The notes under the pieces are model-generated. The model was given only the letters and a program-made list of their open reading frames with translations. It had not been told where the DNA came from and did no database searches. A program made the position numbers and the translations under genes. 64,000 bases of DNA from a virus. The stretch spans positions 12,533 through 76,532 of IMG/VR virus record IMGVR_UViG_3300046028_007828. One strand, written 5' to 3'. Below, one piece after another: positions 59,600 to 64,000 of the stretch (the first letter of the stretch is position 1; each line of letters starts with the position of its first letter).

Positions 59600-60625
59600 A
59601 TGAGTGAACGTAAATTAGCATCAATCCAGAAAATAACGGAAATCCTACCAATTGACGGTGCGGATAAGATTGTGTGTGTAAAAATTCTGGGGTGGCAATG
59701 CGTGGCACTAAAGACTGAATTCAAAGTTAATGACCTTTGTGTTTTTTTTGAAATAGATAGTGTTCTTCCCATCGCACAATGGAATGATCATTTGAGAAAA
59801 GAACCAAACAAGCAATTGCGTATAAAAACTATACGTTTGAGAGGCACATTGAGTCAAGGTCTTGCCATGCCACTTTCTATTCTTCCAGACGGACAATATG
59901 AAGTAGGTCAAGATGTTACACAATTGGTTGGCGTAACCAAATATGAACCATTTGTTCCAGCACATCTATCTGGTGTGGCCAAAGGAAACTTTCCAGCATT
60001 TTTACACAAAACCGATGAACCTCGTTTACAATCCAGCCCTAATGTCTTACAAGAAGCCATTGACAAAAATCTTGTGCTTGTTGGCACACTCAAAATGGAC
60101 GGTACAAGTTTTACTGCGTATCGAAGAGACGCTGATTTTGGCGTGTGTTCTCGCAACTTGGATTTGACGCAAACAGAGGACAATGCTCATTGGAAGATGG
60201 CTCGCAAGATCAAACTTGAAGAAATTCTTCGCAGTGAATCTCGCAATCTTTGTGTACAAGGTGAAATGGTTGGTCCCGGTATTCAAGCCAACCGTCTTGG
60301 ATTCAAAGAAGTTGAACTGCATTTATTCAATTTGTATGACATCGACACAGGCAAGTATTTTAGTCATAACGAATTGATTGAATTTGGAAAGAAGCACAAT
60401 ATAAAAGTTGTTGAAACACTTAGTGTTATTCAGTTTAGTAATGATATGGCACCCAGAGATGTTAATTATCTTTTGAACATTGCCAATGAGCTAAACTATT
60501 CCAACGGCACTCCCGCAGAAGGTATTGTTTGGCGTCCAACCGTTGAAACATACAGCGAAGTTCTTAAAGGTCGCATGAGTTTCAAGACCATCAGTAACCG
60601 TTACTTGGAAAAATACAAAGAATGA
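59600..60625 (+). CDS. RNA ligase, DRB0094 family
   Basis: RKLASI..I..I.PI.GADKI N-terminal OB, SQGL, KTDE.RLQ, KMDGTS, QGE..GPGIQ, EGIV, SFK. Confidence 0.92.
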   Translation: MSERKLASIQKITEILPIDGADKIVCVKILGWQCVALKTEFKVNDLCVFFEIDSVLPIAQWNDHLRKEPNKQLRIKTIRLRGTLSQGLAMPLSILPDGQYEVGQDVTQLVGVTKYEPFVPAHLSGVAKGNFPAFLHKTDEPRLQSSPNVLQEAIDKNLVLVGTLKMDGTSFTAYRRDADFGVCSRNLDLTQTEDNAHWKMARKIKLEEILRSESRNLCVQGEMVGPGIQANRLGFKEVELHLFNLYDIDTGKYFSHNELIEFGKKHNIKVVETLSVIQFSNDMAPRDVNYLLNIANELNYSNGTPAEGIVWRPTVETYSEVLKGRMSFKTISNRYLEKYKE

Positions 60626-60876
60626 AAACTTATAAAGGTTTTATCTTTGGACCAAATAAAATACCCAAGAAAGGCGATGCTTTGCTTTGGGTAATAGGAG
60701 ACAGAGTGATCAATGGCGAGTGGCATCTGAAGGTTTCAGCCGACAATCTCACCGCCGTTGTTCCATATACAGGCCAAACTGTTTATAACCTGCGTGCTGC
60801 TCCTTATGAGATGGGCCATGATTATAATGATGTGCTGAAAAGGGTCGAAGCGACTCTTGGCAATCAAACATACTAA
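60622..60876 (+). CDS. Hypothetical protein
   Basis: 84-aa ORF, ATGA overlap with the ligase. Confidence 0.6.
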   Translation: MKTYKGFIFGPNKIPKKGDALLWVIGDRVINGEWHLKVSADNLTAVVPYTGQTVYNLRAAPYEMGHDYNDVLKRVEATLGNQTY

Positions 60877-61046
60877 CAAATATCTCTTCATGATATTATG
60901 AGCACTGAATTGCATGTAAAGTTGTTATAATAAGTGATTTATGTAAAAAAATGCAAAAAAGATGATATTTTTCGAAAAAAGTGTTTGACAATTCATTTTT
61001 TTCCATACATAGTTCTATTTATTAAATAACAGTAATAACAAATTCA

Positions 61047-61178
61047 ATGAGACATTATTCAATCAAATCGCAATCCGTGACCTCCAAGTGGAGTGTGCGC
61101 TTTAATGCGACACAACCTACACTCGGAGCCAATGAAGGCGACTTGTTGGGTGGTCCGGTTGAGGAAAAGATTTTCTAA
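61047..61178 (+). CDS. Putative leader peptide (43 aa, MRHYSIKSQSVTSKWSVRFNATQPTLGANEGDLLGGPVEEKIF); not in ORF track
   Basis: ATG after an A-rich leader, downstream of TTGACA (60985) and TATTTAT (61016); followed by a terminator whose 5' arm is complementary to the ORF 3' part. Confidence 0.6.
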   Translation: MRHYSIKSQSVTSKWSVRFNATQPTLGANEGDLLGGPVEEKIF

Positions 61179-61204
61179 ATAAAAATCAAATCCAAAACCT
61201 CCGG

Positions 61205-61235
61205 AACCACCCTCTAAAAAAGAAGGTGGTTTTTT
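61205..61235 (+). terminator. Intrinsic terminator / attenuator hairpin
   Basis: AACCACC-C-TCT-AAAAA-AGA-A-GGTGGTT + T-run. Confidence 0.75.
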
Positions 61236-61264
61236 AATTTTAGGGAAAGTAAGTAAGAAAAAGT

Positions 61265-61383
61265 TTGACAGAAGATAAAAAAGAGTCAAGGTGACAGAAG
61301 ATAAGAAAAAGAAAGGGTAGCGAAAGAGAAAGTTAAAAAAAGTTCGAAAAGATAGTTGACAGCGAAAGATAAAAGAGTAAGAT
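61265..61383 (+). promoter_or_regulatory. Tandem promoters upstream of tRNA array
   Basis: TTGACA-16-CAAGGT (61265) and TTGACA-16-TAAGAT (61356..61383) in A-rich context; the two spacers are related (GATAAAA..GAG). Confidence 0.6.
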
Positions 61384-61698
61384 GGTCAGCGTTGTAGTAG
61401 CAAAGGCGAAACAACAAAAAGTTTTTTCACAGTACAATTTTGACAGGTAAAAGCGCACCTAGAAAGCGTGCTAAAATAGCCACCGGCCCATTTAGGGACC
61501 GTTTTGTGGGAATCAATATCAATAAGTTCAGGTAGGGTTGAGGTTAGAGTGAGTAACTTTATTGTGAGGCCGAAGTATAAGTTATTTTTAATAAAGTTGG
61601 AGAGATCAACAATAAGATACGCAAGTAGCGTATTGAGTTGGCCTCTCCTAACAATTTCAAGTCGTTCTACTGACCGACTCTAAATAAATCAGTTATAT

Positions 61699-61777
61699 GG
61701 AAGTCAAGCTATTCGGGACGGGCACCTCCCTCTTAAGGAGAACATTCGTGTGGGTTCAACTCCCACGGCTTCCACCA
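61699..61777 (+). tRNA. tRNA-Lys(CTT)
   Basis: GGAAGTC/GGCTTCC acceptor, loop CT-CTT-AA, GTTCAAC T-loop, CCA. Confidence 0.85.
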
Positions 61778-61838
61778 TTTTTTCAAAATAATTGATGTTA
61801 TGTGAGTATATATTATATTTATTTTTACACATCAAATT

Positions 61839-62171
61839 ATGAACGACCATAAAGATTTACTTGGAGAATTTCTGTCCGGTGGATGGATTGTAGCAATAAT
61901 CGGAGCAGCGGGTATGATAGCAAGATTGCTGACCGACGATGTAAAGATTACACTGATGCAACAAGTTAAAAGAATACTTGCCGCATCAATATGTTCTGTC
62001 ATTACATGGTTTTTATTAGAAAATGTAGATTTAAGTAGTCTGACTAAAGCCGTAACATACGGAGTAGTTGGAGTAATCAGTCCAGAAATTTTAGAAGGTT
62101 TGTCGAAGTTGGGAAAGAGTTTTGCAAAAAATCCTTTCAAATTCTTCAGGCGGACAAAAAAGATTGAGTAA
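61839..62171 (+). CDS. Multi-TM membrane protein (holin-like) within the tRNA array
   Basis: Three hydrophobic segments, basic C-terminus; TATTTAT at 61816. Confidence 0.6.
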   Translation: MNDHKDLLGEFLSGGWIVAIIGAAGMIARLLTDDVKITLMQQVKRILAASICSVITWFLLENVDLSSLTKAVTYGVVGVISPEILEGLSKLGKSFAKNPFKFFRRTKKIE

Positions 62172-62175
62172 TAGT

Positions 62176-62252
62176 GCGGGGTTGATGTTTAACGGTTAGC
62201 ATACGAGTTTTCCAAACTTGATGTGGGGGTTCGAATCCCCCACCCCGCTCCA
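62176..62252 (+). tRNA. tRNA-Gly(TCC)
   Basis: GCGGGGT/ACCCCGC, loop TT-TCC-AA, T73, CCA. Confidence 0.92.
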
Positions 62253-62255
62253 ATT

Positions 62256-62318
62256 TGTACTAGGTTTGGTGTTCCAACCATTCCGAAGATATATAGCAAA
62301 CACTAAATACGCAGTACA
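62256..62318 (+). ncRNA. Structured spacer RNA A
   Basis: TGTACT/AGTACA closing stem, 10-bp inner stem GTTTGGTGTT/AACACTAAAT, CGAAG in loop. Confidence 0.45.
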
Positions 62319-62329
62319 GCAAATTTTTT

Positions 62330-62415
62330 GGCTTATTATACCGCTAAGGACGCGGTTCGCACTGTAAATGCGAAGCCCTCGGGCTGGGTTGGTTCGATAC
62401 CGACATAAGCCACCA
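62330..62415 (+). tRNA. tRNA-Tyr(GTA)
   Basis: GGCTTAT/ATAAGCC, loop CT-GTA-AA, long variable arm, CCA. Confidence 0.92.
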
Positions 62416-62422
62416 TTTTTAT

Positions 62423-62498
62423 CCGCTTATAGCTCAATTGGCAGAGCACGCTCTTTATAGGGGCATGGTTGTGGGTTCAACTCCTACTGGGCGGACCA
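62423..62498 (+). tRNA. tRNA-Ile(TAT)
   Basis: CCGCTTA/TGGGCGG, GCTC/GAGC D-stem, loop TT-TAT-AG, A73, CCA. Confidence 0.8.
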
Positions 62499-62509
62499 AT
62501 TTATAATAC

Positions 62510-62597
62510 GGAAAGTTGGCAGAGTGGTCTAATGCAGGACTTTGCTAAAGTCCCGATCCGAAAGGGTCCATAGGTTCGAATCCTATATTTTCCGCCA
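62510..62597 (+). tRNA. tRNA-Ser(GCT)
   Basis: GGAAAGT/ATTTTCC, loop TT-GCT-AA, long variable arm, G73, CCA. Confidence 0.93.
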
Positions 62598-62600
62598 AAT

Positions 62601-62760
62601 TTAGATTCTTGCAAGACGGTGTTCCTTTGAATTGCAATTCAATCGAAGTGACCGCAGCTGAAGTCAGTGGTGAATGATATAATGGCATTATTTCTCCCAT
62701 AAAGGAGAATATCTGGGTTCGACTCCCAGTTTACCGAAAAGCTGACATGAGGCAAAACTT
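62601..62760 (+). ncRNA. Composite RNA containing a tRNA-like domain (62668..62737) with 6-nt anticodon loop and no CCA
   Basis: TGGTGAA/TTTACCG acceptor, TTCTCC-CATAAA-GGAGAA, CTGGG-TTCGACT-CCCAG; enclosed by GTCAG/CTGAC. Confidence 0.55.
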
Positions 62761-62763
62761 TAC

Positions 62764-62838
62764 GCCGAATAAACATAAATGGTAATGTGCTAGTCTTGTA
62801 AACTAGATAAGCGGGTTCGATTCCCGCATTTGGCTCCA
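62764..62838 (+). tRNA. tRNA-Thr(TGT)
   Basis: GCCGAAT/ATTTGGC, loop CT-TGT-AA, CCA. Confidence 0.92.
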
Positions 62839-62840
62839 AT

Positions 62841-62915
62841 TTGTAGGTCGCAATATTCTGAATTATAATTCAGCGAAGATATTCCAATTATTGCGTTAGT
62901 GGAATTCGCCTATAA
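62841..62915 (+). ncRNA. Structured spacer RNA B (possible pseudoknot)
   Basis: TTGTAGG/CCTATAA closing stem; CGCAATA/TATTGCG crossing ATTCCA/TGGAAT; palindrome CTGAATTATAATTCAG; CGAAG. Confidence 0.5.
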
Positions 62916-62923
62916 CAATTTAT

Positions 62924-62999
62924 GCCGTGTGACATAGCTGGTTGTGATGACTCCTCTGCAAAAGGATGGAGATTGGTTCGATTCCAATACGCGGCTCCA
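62924..62999 (+). tRNA. tRNA-Cys(GCA)
   Basis: GCCGTGT/ACGCGGC, loop CT-GCA-AA, T73, CCA; irregular D arm. Confidence 0.8.
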
Positions 63000-63007
63000 A
63001 TTTATAT

Positions 63008-63081
63008 GCGGGATTAGTTTAGTGGTAGAATGTGACATTGCCAATGTCGATACGGGAGTTCGATTCTCCCATCCCGCACCA
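63008..63081 (+). tRNA. tRNA-Gly(GCC)
   Basis: GCGGGAT/ATCCCGC, loop TT-GCC-AA, A73, CCA. Confidence 0.92.
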
Positions 63082-63083
63082 CT

Positions 63084-63209
63084 TTGACAGGATGGAATGG
63101 GCGTCGTATAGTTGGTAAATCAACTTGCAGTCCAACGTGAACCAACCCAGCAGCAACGAAGCGTGAGAAAAGTTGAGTTCTCATGTGAAGCTAGTAGAAG
63201 TTCTGTCAA
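63084..63209 (+). ncRNA. Structured spacer RNA F
   Basis: 10-bp closing stem TTGACAGGAT/GTTCTGTCAA; internal hairpins GTTGG-TAAA-TCAAC and GTGAGAA/TTCTCAT. Confidence 0.5.
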
Positions 63210-63218
63210 TAATTTTAT

Positions 63219-63296
63219 GGCCATGTGACGTAACTGGATAAACGTGTTAGTTTTAGAAACTAAATTCTGTGGGTTCGAGTCCCACCTTGGCTACCA
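63219..63296 (+). tRNA. tRNA-Leu(TAG), short variable loop
   Basis: GGCCATG/CTTGGCT, loop TT-TAG-AA, 5-nt variable region, A73, CCA. Confidence 0.8.
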
Positions 63297-63300
63297 TTTT

Positions 63301-63377
63301 AGGTCGAAACAATGAGTTGCATAAATTCAATGAAACGGTTGGTTAATAACCAACAGCCACTTTTCTTGGCGCGACTT
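63301..63377 (+). ncRNA. Structured spacer RNA D
   Basis: AGGTCG/CGACTT closing stem; three hairpins (TGAGTT/AATTCA, GTTGGTT/AACCAAC, GCCA/TGGC). Confidence 0.45.
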
Positions 63378-63385
63378 TTAATTTT

Positions 63386-63501
63386 GATAGTGTATGTGTT
63401 TTCGTCTCTAAAATCTTACGGCACATGGAAGACGTGTAACGGGTTCAAAGTCCGACCACTTTGCATTGAGCAGAGTGAGTAAGCCAACCATATACATTAT
63501 C
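63386..63501 (+). ncRNA. Structured spacer RNA E
   Basis: 13-bp closing stem GATAGTGTATGTG/CATATACATTATC; T-loop-like GGGTTCAAAGTCC; CACTTTGC/GCAGAGTG hairpin. Confidence 0.55.
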
Positions 63502-63512
63502 AAAAAATTTAT

Positions 63513-63588
63513 GGGAGTTTGGTGAAGGCGGTCCTCACGTCGCACTGAAGATGCGAAGAAGTTGGTTCAATTCCAACAGCTCCCACCA
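63513..63588 (+). tRNA. tRNA-Phe(GAA)
   Basis: GGGAGTT/AGCTCCC, loop CT-GAA-GA, CCA. Confidence 0.9.
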
Positions 63589-63594
63589 TTTTAT

Positions 63595-63668
63595 TGAGAT
63601 ATGTTGTAGTGGTAGCAACGGAGTCTTTGAAACTCTTAGTCTTGGTTCGATTCCAAGTATCTCAGCCA
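63595..63668 (+). tRNA. tRNA-Gln(TTG), copy 1
   Basis: TGAGATA/TATCTCA (U1-A72), loop CT-TTG-AA, G73, CCA. Confidence 0.93.
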
Positions 63669-63811
63669 GTTTGAGAAACCTATACCAATAGGTGTATAAG
63701 CCGAACGGCCCGAGAGGGATGGACGTGAGCTATAGCATGGATGTGTAATCGAAAGAGTATCCACCAAGACTTGTTCTTGGCGCAAAAATCCATTGTGACA
63801 ACACCTCAAAC
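63669..63811 (+). ncRNA. Structured spacer RNA G
   Basis: GTTTGAG/CTCAAAC closing stem; hairpins ACCTAT/ATAGGT, CCC-GAGA-GGG, TGGAT/ATCCA, CCAAGA/TCTTGG. Confidence 0.5.
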
Positions 63812-63817
63812 ATTTAT

Positions 63818-63893
63818 CGGAGTGTGGTGACAAAGGTTGTCGATTCGTTTTGGAAACGAAATTATGCAGGTTCGAGTCCTGTCACTCCGACCA
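63818..63893 (+). tRNA. tRNA-Pro(TGG)
   Basis: CGGAGTG/CACTCCG, loop TT-TGG-AA, A73, CCA; weak D-stem. Confidence 0.88.
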
Positions 63894-63900
63894 CTTTTAT

Positions 63901-63974
63901 TGAGATATGTTGTAGTGGTAGCAACGGAGTCTTTGAAACTCTTAGTCTTGGTTCGATTCCAAGTATCTCAGCCA
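63901..63974 (+). tRNA. tRNA-Gln(TTG), copy 2 (identical to copy 1)
   Basis: Exact repeat of 63595..63668. Confidence 0.93.
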
Positions 63975-64000
63975 TTTTTATTGCGATATAGTGTTAAGTC

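Noticed and set aside
61421-61431. rrn-type boxA antitermination site (GTTTTTTCACA) after the tandem promoters
   Set aside because: Position is suggestive but it deviates from the GYTCTTTAACA consensus in AT-rich sequence; too weak to call
61596-61652. SRP (4.5S) RNA for the GCAA-capped hairpin
   Set aside because: The internal loop does not match the CAGG/AGCA symmetric loop and the element is short; kept only as an unassigned structured RNA
63219-63296. Amber/ochre suppressor reading of the TTTAGAA loop
   Set aside because: With the 5-bp stem TTAGT/ACTAA the anticodon is TAG (reads CUA, Leu), not CTA or TTA
62253-63811. Hammerhead or HDV-like (theta) ribozymes in tRNA spacers
   Set aside because: No CTGAnGA/GAAA core or nested double pseudoknot could be built by eye, and the tRNAs already encode CCA; a covariance-model search is needed to exclude them fully
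1-64000. Stop-codon reassignment (suggested by a phage-encoded release factor)
   Set aside because: Core genes are intact under code 11; many end in TGA with ATGA overlaps and one (57793) ends in TAG; no suppressor anticodon among the tRNAs in the window
63982-64000. Start of a further tRNA (TGCGATATAGTG...)
   Set aside because: Truncated by the window edge; anticodon not visible

Overview
A 64 kb segment of a large T4-like (myovirus/jumbo-type) dsDNA phage genome. It is AT-rich, uses the standard genetic code and is mostly on the + strand. In order: end of a Gly-rich virion gene; a minus-strand GT8 + sulfotransferase pair; tail sheath; a ~6 kb accessory block bracketed by two endonucleases; tail tube; a class I release-factor gene; small putative head-internal proteins; baseplate and tape-measure genes; a replication module (PolA-like, gp32, UvsX, RNase H-like, helicase, nrdB/nrdA); rIIA/rIIB; a Pro/Thr-repeat protein with a glycosyl/methyltransferase cluster; kinase, PolB, clamp and clamp loader; a counter-defence/RNA-repair region; and the start of a large tRNA array (13 complete tRNA genes) interleaved with structured non-tRNA RNAs. 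The most striking signals concern translation sensing. (1) The RF1-like, domain-1-less release factor appears to be expressed through a prfB-type +1 frameshift (GGGGG-TCA-CTT-TGA-C). (2) A 43-codon leader peptide with alternative antiterminator/terminator pairings precedes the tRNA array. (3) A Tat-signal mini-protein is built from two major-capsid motifs. (4) A split kinase/CPDase/ligase RNA-repair set is dispersed across the window. All functional calls come from motif recognition by eye; no database searches or folding programs were run.
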